Shown: positions 18,401 through 26,610, counted from the first letter of the stretch. The stretch is 64,000 bases of DNA from an uncultured virus (IMG/VR IMGVR_UViG_3300032134_000001) (IMGVR_UViG_3300032134_000001); one strand, 5' to 3'. Numbers and translations: made by a program. Notes: generated from the letters alone by a model not told the origin.

Positions 18401-18689
18401 TGGTGGAGGCGAGGGGACTCGAACCCCTCCGCTTCGCCTGTAGGTCTCGGCCGCGATCTGCCCCACTCCTCATCCCCTTCCGTTCGGGGGTACAGGGCCC
18501 TCGCTGTTCACCAGAGCGACCGCTTGAGTCAGTCGGCTTAGCTGGTGTCTTTCCGCGCCTTTGAGGTTCAGCGTCCTACCCAACGTAGTCGCTCCCATAG
18601 ATGGGCTTGAGCGCCCCACCGGAACTTCCCCGGCAGGCCTGGCACCCCTCGCTGTTCGGCCGTAGCCGGGCTGCGAATCACCCTGGACC
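18401..18689 (-). ncRNA. candidate structured RNA ending in a tRNA/tmRNA-like T-arm and ACCA
   Basis: 3' end AGGGG-TTCGAGT-CCCCT-CGCCTCC-A-CCA; about 290-nt gene-free gap with several hairpins. No perfect 5' acceptor strand found. Confidence 0.55.
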
Positions 18690-19190
18690 TCAGCCCTGGG
18701 CAGCCTTCTTGCCAGCCGAGGCTTCCAGGAGCCGGAGCCGCTCCTGGAGCGCATCCATCTGCGCCTGGGTCGGGCCCGCCTTGGCCTTGGCCTTCTTGGC
18801 AGGCTTCTTGGCCTTGGCCGCCTTCCGGGCCTTGGCCTTGGCGTCGAGCGCCACGGCGACCCCGGCCCGCTCCGTCGTGAGGGCCGCGAGGTCCTCGTCG
18901 CTCAGGAAGCTCACGCCCTGGAGGACGCTCTTCTTGAGCAGGGCCTTGTCGGCCTTGGTCTTGGCGGGGCGGAGGACGCGCGAGCCGTCCTTGAGCTGCC
19001 GCTCCAGGCGGCGGAGCGCCTTGGAGTTCTCGCTGAGGACCCACACCACGGAGCCGGGCTCCGTGTGGCGAGCCGTCGAGGCCCGAAGGGAGGGAGCACG
19101 GCAGACGGCCAAGCCGTCACAGAAGACCGCGAGACGATCCTGGCCGTCGGGGGTCGCGAAGGTAGCGAAGGTGATTTCCATGACACTCAT
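18690..19190 (-). CDS. basic protein with Lys/Ala-rich histone-like tail
   Basis: AKAKARKAAKAKKPAKKAKAKA tract; strongly biased codons. Confidence 0.8.
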   Translation of the reverse strand: MSVMEITFATFATPDGQDRLAVFCDGLAVCRAPSLRASTARHTEPGSVVWVLSENSKALRRLERQLKDGSRVLRPAKTKADKALLKKSVLQGVSFLSDEDLAALTTERAGVAVALDAKAKARKAAKAKKPAKKAKAKAGPTQAQMDALQERLRLLEASAGKKAAQG

Positions 19191-19327
19191 CCAGCACCCC
19201 TGGGGATTCTCGGCGTCACCAGGAGGCGCACTGGTGCCGTTGCATAGGTTCGGTGGAACCTCGACAAGCCCCTGACCGACCCCCGAAGGGGCAAGGCAGG
19301 GGCTTCTCGGGAGCCCACCGGGGCTCG

Positions 19328-19360
19328 AAAAGGGTGGGGGTTGGTACCCGGCCCCCCACC
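19328..19360 (-). terminator. probable intrinsic terminator
   Basis: GGTGGGGG...CCCCCACC stem followed by CTTTT, about 10 nt after the stop at 19370. Confidence 0.5.
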
Positions 19361-19369
19361 GGGAGAGAC

Positions 19370-20212
19370 TCAGCTCTCGCCGTTCTCGCCGCCCTCACCG
19401 GACTCGCCGCCGCCGTCGACCTCGGGGGTCTCGGGACCGTCCTCGTACAGGTCGGCCTGGACCTGGCGGAGGCTCTCGCCCTGGGCCGCGACCTGCTGGG
19501 TCAAGCCCTTGAGCAGAGCCAGCATCTCGGCCATGGCGTCGTCACCGACAGCCGGAGCCTTGGCGGGGACCGCTGCGGCGGGGGCCTCAACCTCCGCCTC
19601 GCCCTCCAGCTTCGCGAGGCGCTTCGCCAGCTTCTTGGCCGCCTTGCGCTCCGCCTTCAGCTGGGCCTTGAGGTCGTCTTCGTCCTCGGTGTCGCGGCGG
19701 GTGAAGCCCTGGCCCCGGAGGGCCTTCATGGCCTCCTCCATCTCCAGCTTCTCCAGGGCAGCCAGGGCGTCCTCGGCACCCTCCCGGTCGGGGTTCACCA
19801 TCTCCCCGTCCAGGGCGATGGAGTAGCCGATGCCGTCCTCGTCGACGCCGCCCCACTGAGCGACCACCTTGTCGGCGGCCTCCGCCGGGACGTCCCAGTC
19901 GCCAATGCGGAGGTAGCCTTCCGGCGCCTCCTCACCGGAAGCCGGGACCGGCTCGTAGCCGGAGCGCTTCCACACCTTGCTGCGGCCCATGTTGGACAAG
20001 ACCTGCTTGTCCTGGCTCGCTGCGGTGTGAGTGACGTTGCTGATTCGGATGCCCAGCCGCTTGGTCGGCCGGACCAAGAGCCGGAGGCCACCGGCCTTGC
20101 TCGGCACGGCCACCAGGAAGCACCTGGTGGTCTCGATCACCGGGTCGCCACCCTTGACCACGGGAGCCGTGGTCTTGGACTTGAAGCAGGGAATGTACGT
20201 GATGTCGCTCAT
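19370..20212 (-). CDS. hypothetical protein with acidic coiled-coil C-terminus
   Basis: Start moved to MSDITY after GAGGA; strongly biased codons. Confidence 0.8.
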   Translation of the reverse strand: MSDITYIPCFKSKTTAPVVKGGDPVIETTRCFLVAVPSKAGGLRLLVRPTKRLGIRISNVTHTAASQDKQVLSNMGRSKVWKRSGYEPVPASGEEAPEGYLRIGDWDVPAEAADKVVAQWGGVDEDGIGYSIALDGEMVNPDREGAEDALAALEKLEMEEAMKALRGQGFTRRDTEDEDDLKAQLKAERKAAKKLAKRLAKLEGEAEVEAPAAAVPAKAPAVGDDAMAEMLALLKGLTQQVAAQGESLRQVQADLYEDGPETPEVDGGGESGEGGENGES

Positions 20213-20380
20213 GTCGTCTTCCTCGTATTGCAGTCCCATGGAGAATCCGAGGACCGGACCCACCATGGAAACCACGCTGAACAACGGAAACCATCGGTTC
20301 AAATCACAAACCAAAGCTCTCCGTTGTTAGCTGATTGCACCCTGACTTTTCGCTCTATGAAGTAACTCCGGTCCCCTTTG

Positions 20381-20426
20381 TTACGCGCGTAGCACGCGCG
20401 TCTGCGCGCTGGCGCGTTACGCGCGT
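20381..20426. repeat. short ACGCGCGT-type repeat tract
   Basis: TTACGCGCGT twice, ACGCGCGT, GCGCGC and GGCGCG in an intergenic region. Confidence 0.55.
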
Positions 20427-20532
20427 TCCCCCTGGCATATGGAGCACATGGGGCCTTCACGTGCGGGGCTGAGCCCCTCTCTCCAACCCGTGCGTGTGGA
20501 GACCGTGAACAGTCCTCCCGTGTCTGCGGGTC

Positions 20533-20868
20533 CTACGTCAGCTTCGGCTCCTCGGGCGGGAGTTCGTAGGCGAGCTGCTCCAACAGACCGACGGCTGACT
20601 CGTACCCGTCGGGAGGCTCGGCTCGGTAGCTGATGCTGGAGGGCTTCGTCGCCCAGGCGAGCGTGAGGACAGGAATCTCCGACGTCTGAGGCGGCACCCC
20701 GGGCATGAGCAGGGGCTGGATCGCGTTCACGATGTGATCGGTCGGGACCTCGTGCCACTCCTTGCACTTCTCGTTGTGGTCCGCCGCCCAGGCGATGGCA
20801 TCGGGATGGTGGAGCGGGATGTAGAGCTTGCACTTCACGCAGCAGACGTAGTTCTTCACGAGTTCCAT
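20533..20868 (-). CDS. small zinc-finger-like protein with LLEQLA tag variant
   Basis: CVKC...H...C; C-terminal VGLLEQLAYE. Confidence 0.7.
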   Translation of the reverse strand: MELVKNYVCCVKCKLYIPLHHPDAIAWAADHNEKCKEWHEVPTDHIVNAIQPLLMPGVPPQTSEIPVLTLAWATKPSSISYRAEPPDGYESAVGLLEQLAYELPPEEPKLT

Positions 20869-21101
20869 CCGGGCTCCTTCGCGATGGCCGCAAGCTGTTC
20901 GAGGGGGGTGAGGTCAGCCCGGTAGTCGGGCGGGGGAGGCAGTCTCTCGTGGACCTTGGTCATCAGCTGGCCGCAGGTGCAGGGAGCACCAGGACTCCAG
21001 CCAGCCCACTGACTGCACCTGTAGACACGACAACGGCGACAGACCACGAAGCTGGGGTAGGTCTCCCCGCGCTTCCACGACCAGTGGATGGACTCACTCA
21101 C
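20856..21101 (-). CDS. small zinc-finger-like protein with C-terminal TPLEQLA tag
   Basis: CRRC...CTCG; ends LTPLEQLAAIAKEPGWNS. Confidence 0.7.
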   Translation of the reverse strand: MSESIHWSWKRGETYPSFVVCRRCRVYRCSQWAGWSPGAPCTCGQLMTKVHERLPPPPDYRADLTPLEQLAAIAKEPGWNS

Positions 21102-21297
21102 GCACGCAGGCCTGGCACTTCATCCCAAACTGCGCGACCTCTGTGCCGCACGACCAGCAGGTCGGCTTGATGGTGGGCTTCATGCCCTCGGCCACCAGGT
21201 GGCGTACCCGGTCGTGAAGCGGAGACAGCGCCTTGCTGCCTCTGTTGTCGCGCTCCCCGGCAAGGAGCTGTGTGTAGGCTCGATCCAGGTCGTTCAC
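21094..21297 (-). CDS. small zinc-ribbon protein
   Basis: GTGA overlap; CWSC...CQAC. Confidence 0.65.
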   Translation of the reverse strand: MNDLDRAYTQLLAGERDNRGSKALSPLHDRVRHLVAEGMKPTIKPTCWSCGTEVAQFGMKCQACVRE

Positions 21298-21686
21298 GAC
21301 TCGTCCTCCCACTCGCTGGCGATGCCAGCCAGCATCTCCAGCGGGCTGATGTCTGTGGTGTAGTCCTCGGGGATCTCATCCATGTCCGCGAAGAAGCGGA
21401 AGCCACCGCAGTTGCGGTGCTTCACGGCCCAGGTGCCGCGCCCGACGTAGCTCCGGCTCATCCACTCGTCGCAGATCGTGCAGGCGACGTAGTCCATGTG
21501 CTCGAACCCGCCGACGATGTTGTCGAAGAGAGCGACAGGCTCCAGCCCATCCCGCTGGCCCTTCAGCCCCGCGAAGTAGGCCTTCCTGACCTCCGGCTCC
21601 CAGTCCCTCATGTGCTCCAGGAGCGACTTGTCAGCCCTGACCTGCCGCTCTCCAGGCGTCTTCCCGTCCCAATCACGCTGTGCCAT
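21294..21686 (-). CDS. zinc-finger-like protein with C-terminal SPLEMLA tag
   Basis: YVACTIC...KHRNC; paralog-like to the next ORF. Confidence 0.75.
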   Translation of the reverse strand: MAQRDWDGKTPGERQVRADKSLLEHMRDWEPEVRKAYFAGLKGQRDGLEPVALFDNIVGGFEHMDYVACTICDEWMSRSYVGRGTWAVKHRNCGGFRFFADMDEIPEDYTTDISPLEMLAGIASEWEDES

Positions 21687-21921
21687 TCTCGGCCTCCCAT
21701 GCGTCCGCGACAGACGCCAGTGCCTCCAAGTCTCCCAGCTCTGGGGTCCAGTCGGGGCCAGGCGGCGTGTCGAAGAAGATGAAGCAGTCGCAGTTCGCGT
21801 GCTTCTGACCCCACTTGTCGCGGGCGACGCTGTCGTTCTTCGTGTAGGCGAGACAGGCTCGGCAGGCGGCGTACTTCATGTGCCCGAAGTTGGCCGTGAG
21901 CTTCTGGAAGGCAAAGCCCAT
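21673..21921 (-). CDS. zinc-finger-like protein with C-terminal GDLEALA tag
   Basis: MGFAFQK start (TGATG overlap); YAACRAC...KHANC. Confidence 0.7.
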   Translation of the reverse strand: MGFAFQKLTANFGHMKYAACRACLAYTKNDSVARDKWGQKHANCDCFIFFDTPPGPDWTPELGDLEALASVADAWEAENGTA

Positions 21922-22116
21922 CACCCGATCTCGATGATGGATTTGAAGACGCCATCGAGGCCCAGCCTCATGCGGACGGGGCCCTTGGGCACCACATCTC
22001 GATCCCAGCCCAGGCAGAGGGTCCACGAGGCCTTCGGGGGCAGGCACACAGGGTGAGTCCCGTAGTCGCGCTTCCCCCGGAAGAGCTTGTTGTTGTGCAG
22101 CCGGGCTGGAGACTGG

Positions 22117-22551
22117 TCAAGAGAGTTCCTCTCGGACAGCCATGAGCAGCTTTCCAAGCCAGTTCTCGCCGGGGATGGAGGCGTGCTCTGAGCAGCGGCA
22201 GTCCCCCCACTCTTGATCGTGCCAGGTGTTGCCCTCGATCAGCTCCTCCTCGCCCGTCGCCAGGAGGCGCTTGCCGAGGTGCTCGTGCCGTCGGAACTTC
22301 TGGAGAAGGAGCTTCCCCATGACCCCGCGCTTGATCTCCTCCCAGTCCTCGCGCAGCGTGACAGCCCGACCGAGCCGCTTGGCTCTTCCTGGTGTGGCCG
22401 CGCCGGCGATGATGCGGCGCTGACTGGCGCTGAGAGTCTTCGCGGCCTGGAAGGCGTACTCCGTGGAGTCGTATTCCTCGTCCTCGAAGGTCACCTGCGC
22501 AGGGAAGAAGTTGCTGAGGTAGCGATGCACGCCATCGAAGCTGTCGATCAT
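22117..22551 (-). CDS. NADAR (YbiA-like) family protein
   Basis: LSNFFP, EYAFQAAK, AKRLGR, LLATGEEELIEGNTWHD and GENWLGKLLMAVR. Confidence 0.92.
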   Translation of the reverse strand: MIDSFDGVHRYLSNFFPAQVTFEDEEYDSTEYAFQAAKTLSASQRRIIAGAATPGRAKRLGRAVTLREDWEEIKRGVMGKLLLQKFRRHEHLGKRLLATGEEELIEGNTWHDQEWGDCRCSEHASIPGENWLGKLLMAVREELS

Positions 22552-22931
22552 TCCTCACCGCCCTCGTGTGCGATCTCTGCCAGCATCTCCAGCGGTGTTG
22601 CTTGGACCTTCGGGTAGATGAGGCGCTGCCAGAGCACCTTGCCGTCCTCGCCGGTCTCCCTCATCTGCCAGATGCCCTTGTCCGCGTGCAAGCCCCCGAC
22701 CCCGTCACACCAGGACGGGATGCGCTTCTCGTCCGGTCCTATGAGGTCGCCCCAGCGGTAGATCCAGAAGCTGCCCTTCGGCACGCCCAAGATCTCACGG
22801 ACGAACTCCGTGGCCTCTTCGGGAATCTGCTTCCTGTTCGGGGGCGGGACCCTCCGACGCGCACGCCGCCGCTTCCGTCTCAGCCCCGGCACCGCCAGCG
22901 AAGCCACCCACCCTCGGACCGGAGGGCTCAT
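22548..22931 (-). CDS. hypothetical protein with C-terminal TPLEMLA tag
   Basis: Coupled ORF. Confidence 0.7.
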   Translation of the reverse strand: MSPPVRGWVASLAVPGLRRKRRRARRRVPPPNRKQIPEEATEFVREILGVPKGSFWIYRWGDLIGPDEKRIPSWCDGVGGLHADKGIWQMRETGEDGKVLWQRLIYPKVQATPLEMLAEIAHEGGEE

Positions 22932-23362
22932 CCGGCAGCCGCAGCAGGTTCCTCAGGGGAGGCAGCGACTTCCTCCTTGGGCTTGGGCCCGCGGAGGTTG
23001 ATGCCGACCCGGTCCTGCCGGACCTCACACCACTTGCGGGCGAGGTCAGCTCGGTCGAAGACCTGCTTGGACATGCGAGAGCCGTGCTCGTCGAAGACGG
23101 CCCAGCCCTCACCGTCTCGCTGCACCTTCCACCCGCGCGAGAGCCAGAGCCCGACAACCTGACTCCAGCCCGAGGGAGGGGCAAGAGAGTCCGCCTTGTC
23201 GATGGCTGCTTCCAGTGACGCGGCCTCGATGGGCACGATCTGGTCGCTGAGCAGGAGGAAGACGCCGCGGTGGGCGATGAGTGTGAGCAACCCGGACTCC
23301 CGGGAGGCCCACCCGTAGCGTCGGTTTGTCTGCCAGGCGCTGGTGGGAGTGTCGTTGCTCAT
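22928..23362 (-). CDS. hypothetical protein, first gene of the leftward arm
   Basis: ATG 6 nt after a -10 hexamer (probably leaderless). Confidence 0.75.
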   Translation of the reverse strand: MSNDTPTSAWQTNRRYGWASRESGLLTLIAHRGVFLLLSDQIVPIEAASLEAAIDKADSLAPPSGWSQVVGLWLSRGWKVQRDGEGWAVFDEHGSRMSKQVFDRADLARKWCEVRQDRVGINLRGPKPKEEVAASPEEPAAAAG

Positions 23363-23368
23363 GACTCC

Positions 23369-23412
23369 AATCTACTGCGGGAACGCAAGAGGGTCAAGCG
23401 TGCCAACTGGCG
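23369..23412 (-). promoter_or_regulatory. sigma70-type promoter TTGACC-N17-TAGATT plus operator TGCCA-AC-TGGCG
   Basis: -35 at 23392-23397, -10 at 23369-23374, palindrome at 23401-23412. Confidence 0.7.
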
Positions 23413-23633
23413 AACTCTACGAAGAGGGTTGCGGAAAGGGGTGCTAAACCTTATGAGAGGACAGGTGAAGCTAATATTTGTCCTAACTGAAAAGTTCTTA
23501 CTACTTACAAGAACGCACTCCAAAGGTATAAGACCTAAGGTATCGCTCCTATAAGTAGAAAAGACACAGTTTTTTGAAGAGATACATGTACCTCGATTAG
23601 GACAGCAATCTCACTTATCACAAGGAGAATCAC

Positions 23634-24797
23634 GTGAGTAGACGGAAGAACGAAGACATGGAAGCCTTTCAGGTCTGGCTCATCGACGTGCAGTGCCTGG
23701 CTGATTCAACAGCCTGCGTCTACGCCTCCACCGTCCGAGCGACCCTTCCTTGGGTCGATGACCTGGAAGACGAGGACAAGATCACGGCCTCTTTCACAGC
23801 CATGGGGAAGGAACTCTCCCGACGAGCCCTCACCAGCCGCAGGTCGGCCTGGAAGCGCTTCATCGGCTTTGCTGAGACCCGTGGGGTCACCTTGGCCATG
23901 CCACGAGCCGCAGCAGACGAAAGAGGCCCTCCTGCCCTCCCCCACGAGGCCAGAGCCGCCCTCCACTACCTGTCGCAGGCCGGACGCTTCCTGCAGAAGC
24001 ACGTTGCTCGCCTGACCTGGGACCTCTTCGACACCGAGATCCCCACCTCGCAGGTCTTCCAGATGCGAGACCCCACCAAGCCAGGTGAGGTCCTCGACAT
24101 CCCCCGAGAGCACGTCGAGGCACTCCGGGCCTGGGCAGGCTGGGACGTGGGAGACAAGATGCCCCTCATCCCGTGGCGAACCAGCTCCACCATCCCCTAC
24201 ACGACCTCGGGCTACCGCCGTGAGCTGAGGATCTACCGGAAGTCCATCGGGTGGGCGAACGAGTACACGACGTCCACTGAGGTCGACAGGGCCGCTCTCG
24301 CAGAGACGGAGGCCATCCTGGCAGCACGCCGCGGGGTGAAGGTCCATGGCCAGAACGCACCGGACCCTGACTTCGTGCCCACGAGGTCGACACAGGAGCT
24401 TCGGGCCCTCATCGAGGGCGGGTCTCTGCCGTCGCTCATCCCGACCTTGGGCACCAAGCAGGCACAGGAGGACGGACCGGACCGCGGGGCTCCCGGTCCA
24501 GCGGAAGACAAGGCTGTTGAGGCGTCCCCTGCACCGCGTGACCGGGAGCCTACGCCGGTCGTCCTGTCCGCTCCTGTGTCTGCTGGGTTCATCGAGCCCG
24601 AGCTGTCGCCTCCTGCGGTGCCCGATGCTGGAGGGTGTCTGATCTGTGGCTACCCCCGAGAGGTCCATGCTGAGGCTTTCGGGCTGACCGATGGCACCAT
24701 CAGCAACTGCGCGGTCGAGAACGGCTTCCCGGAGGACACCTGCCAGATGTGCGAGAAGGGCTGCTACGGCCGCCACGGCTTCAAGGCGGGGGTGTAG
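23634..24797 (+). CDS. degenerate tyrosine-recombinase-like DNA-binding protein with C-terminal Cys cluster
   Basis: N-terminal integrase core-binding-like pattern and a box-I-like EARAALHYLSQAG...VARLTWDLFD; no HxxR or catalytic Tyr motif. Confidence 0.55.
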   Translation: MSRRKNEDMEAFQVWLIDVQCLADSTACVYASTVRATLPWVDDLEDEDKITASFTAMGKELSRRALTSRRSAWKRFIGFAETRGVTLAMPRAAADERGPPALPHEARAALHYLSQAGRFLQKHVARLTWDLFDTEIPTSQVFQMRDPTKPGEVLDIPREHVEALRAWAGWDVGDKMPLIPWRTSSTIPYTTSGYRRELRIYRKSIGWANEYTTSTEVDRAALAETEAILAARRGVKVHGQNAPDPDFVPTRSTQELRALIEGGSLPSLIPTLGTKQAQEDGPDRGAPGPAEDKAVEASPAPRDREPTPVVLSAPVSAGFIEPELSPPAVPDAGGCLICGYPREVHAEAFGLTDGTISNCAVENGFPEDTCQMCEKGCYGRHGFKAGV

Positions 24798-24802
24798 GAG
24801 CA

Positions 24803-25093
24803 ATGGGGATGAACTGGCTGCGTGAGGGCACCAAGGCTGTTGTCCCGAAGGGCACGGAGGTCCATGGCAAGTTCGGCGGCTGGGCCGGAGGGGTTCCTTC
24901 TTCCCGCAGGTCTGTCGTGACCGTCTGGTACTTCTACGCCCCTGCCGGCAAGCAAGTGGAGCGCAGCCGCGCTGTTTATGCGGGCTGGACGAACCATCGC
25001 TTCCATTCGCAGGGTCGCTGGTGTCGCATCGAGGATCTCCGTGAGGTGCCCACCGACTTGGAGCGCTTGGCTGAGGTCGGGGCAGCACTGTGA
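24803..25093 (+). CDS. small protein with C-terminal TDLERLA tag
   Basis: AGGAG RBS; ends PTDLERLAEVGAAL. Confidence 0.7.
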   Translation: MGMNWLREGTKAVVPKGTEVHGKFGGWAGGVPSSRRSVVTVWYFYAPAGKQVERSRAVYAGWTNHRFHSQGRWCRIEDLREVPTDLERLAEVGAAL

Positions 25094-25485
25094 CTCTCGA
25101 AGAGCGTCTCGCCGCTTTGGGCCGTCTGCGGACTTTGGAGGCTGATGTCACCCGGCTGGATCGCAAGGTGGAGACGCTGAAGGTGCAGCTCCACGAGGCT
25201 CAGGCTGGCCTCTACGAGGCTGTCTGGGCTGACGGGTGCTCCGTGGTCTGGCCCATGCCTACTTGGAAGGAGGAGGATGGTGGCGTGGACATCAACCTCA
25301 CGAAGCGGAACTACAAGGCGCTGAAGGCGCAGGCCAAGGAGCTGGGCATCCCCGTCGGGAAGCATGTGGAGAACGTCTTGAAGGACGCGATGGCTCGGGG
25401 CGCAGTGGCGAAGGCCTTGCCCGGGGAGAACACCGACACGGCTCTCAACCGGCAGATCCTCCACCTGGCCGGACTCGGGCTGTGA
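25090..25485 (+). CDS. coiled-coil plus possible ribbon-helix-helix protein
   Basis: VDINLTKRNYKALKAQAKELGIPVGKHVENVL resembles an RHH domain. Confidence 0.6.
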   Translation: MTLEERLAALGRLRTLEADVTRLDRKVETLKVQLHEAQAGLYEAVWADGCSVVWPMPTWKEEDGGVDINLTKRNYKALKAQAKELGIPVGKHVENVLKDAMARGAVAKALPGENTDTALNRQILHLAGLGL

Positions 25486-25763
25486 GCCGACTGCCTTCGA
25501 CTTGCTGCCACTGGCCTATGGGGAAGAGCGTGTGTGGCCGGGAGCTGGAGGAAGAGCAGATTTGCCCTGTCCACGGCATCGCCCGCAGGCGGAGGCGGCG
25601 GAAGGACGCAGCTCTTACAGACAGCCAGGTGCGCGAGGTGCGACGCCTCCTTGCAGCCGACGTGCCTCAGCCGGAGATCGGTGCTCGCTTTGGGGTGGAC
25701 CGCTCGGTCATCAGCAAGATCAAGACGGGACGGAAGTACGCCAACGTCCCTGCGGAGGTGTGA
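25482..25763 (+). CDS. small HTH DNA-binding protein
   Basis: GTGA overlap; LTDSQVREVR...EIGARFGVDRSVISKIKTG. Confidence 0.75.
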   Translation: MSRLPSTCCHWPMGKSVCGRELEEEQICPVHGIARRRRRRKDAALTDSQVREVRRLLAADVPQPEIGARFGVDRSVISKIKTGRKYANVPAEV

Positions 25764-25764
25764 C

Positions 25765-25968
25765 ATCCCAATCTACGAGTTCGAGTGTGAGTGCGGACGA
25801 GAGCAAGAGCTGCTGCTCAAGATGCGAGACCCGGACCCAGCTTGTCCCAACTGCCACAAGCCCATGCGCCGGAAGGTCAGTCGTGTCGCCTTCTCCTTGA
25901 AGGGGGATGGCTGGGCGAAGGACAACTACGGCATCCAGCCGCCCGCGCCCAAGCCGAGCGAGTCGTGA
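25765..25968 (+). CDS. FmdB-family zinc-ribbon protein with apparent ATC start
   Basis: (M)PIYEFECECG...CPNC...FSLKGDGWAKD; GGAGG 6 nt before the ATC. Confidence 0.8.
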   Translation: MPIYEFECECGREQELLLKMRDPDPACPNCHKPMRRKVSRVAFSLKGDGWAKDNYGIQPPAPKPSES

Positions 25969-26312
25969 GCCGTCGGACGAAGCGCAGCCTCTACCGCTAC
26001 TCACCTTGGATCGAGACGACCTTTGAGCGTGGCGGGAAGGAGATTCTTCTGCCCATCCGAGCCCGTGCTTGGTTTCGCGGCAAGAAGGCGCGGGGGGAGT
26101 CTCAGATCCTCCGAGACGGTGAGTGGGTCCACCACATGTTCTTCCCCTGGTGTGCCCTGATGCACGTCCCTGACGAAGCTCAGAGAGCGGTCTACGGGGC
26201 GACCATCGCGGACGCCATCATCGAACACTTCGAGGCCAACGACCCGGAGGGGCTTGAAGAGGTGCTGGGCGAGTCGCCGGTGATGGAGCCCGAAGCCGAG
26301 ATGCTTCTCTGA
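25965..26312 (+). CDS. hypothetical protein
   Basis: GTGA overlap. Confidence 0.7.
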   Translation: MSRRTKRSLYRYSPWIETTFERGGKEILLPIRARAWFRGKKARGESQILRDGEWVHHMFFPWCALMHVPDEAQRAVYGATIADAIIEHFEANDPEGLEEVLGESPVMEPEAEMLL

Positions 26313-26313
26313 C

Positions 26314-26607
26314 GTGGGAGATCGCTGCCGCTTCAACGGCTGCTTCTGGGGTGTTGGCCACGAGGGGCCTCACGAGACGCGATGTCGAGGCTGCGGCGGG
26401 ACCAACCTGGTCGCGTCGATGGCTGTTCGGAGGGCCTACTTCTACGCCGATGCTGACGGGGATGGCCTGCCGCGGCCCAGCGACGAGGACATCCGGCACT
26501 GGACGACTTGTCCGTGCCGGCGACCGACGCCGCTTGAGTTGCTGGCTGCGGTCGGAAAGGAGCTGGACGCCACCTCCCTGCCGGAGTATGACAGTTGGCA
26601 CGGATAG
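26314..26607 (+). CDS. Cys-rich small protein with TPLELLA tag
   Basis: ...CRRPTPLELLAAVGKE. Confidence 0.7.
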   Translation: MGDRCRFNGCFWGVGHEGPHETRCRGCGGTNLVASMAVRRAYFYADADGDGLPRPSDEDIRHWTTCPCRRPTPLELLAAVGKELDATSLPEYDSWHG

Positions 26608-26610
26608 GAG
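26564..26610 (+). promoter_or_regulatory. promoter TGGACG-N17-TATGAC overlapped by operator TGACA-GT-TGGCA, then RBS
   Basis: The same TATGACAGTTGGCAC string occurs at 45237 and 46418. Confidence 0.65.

Noticed and set aside
18401..18545. A complete tRNA, including tRNA-Sec (a stem with loop ACTCAAG lies near 18520-18536)
   Set aside because: No matching 5' acceptor strand or D-arm at tRNA distance, the loop lacks U33, and the discriminator is A rather than G.
64..22617. Many long plus-strand ORFs (e.g. 6559-7938, 10061-11410, 13604-15145)
   Set aside because: Antisense shadows of GC3-rich minus-strand genes; no RBS, motifs or coupling.
23634..24797. Functional integrase marking a prophage boundary
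   Set aside because: Catalytic residues are not seen and viral-type genes continue on both sides.
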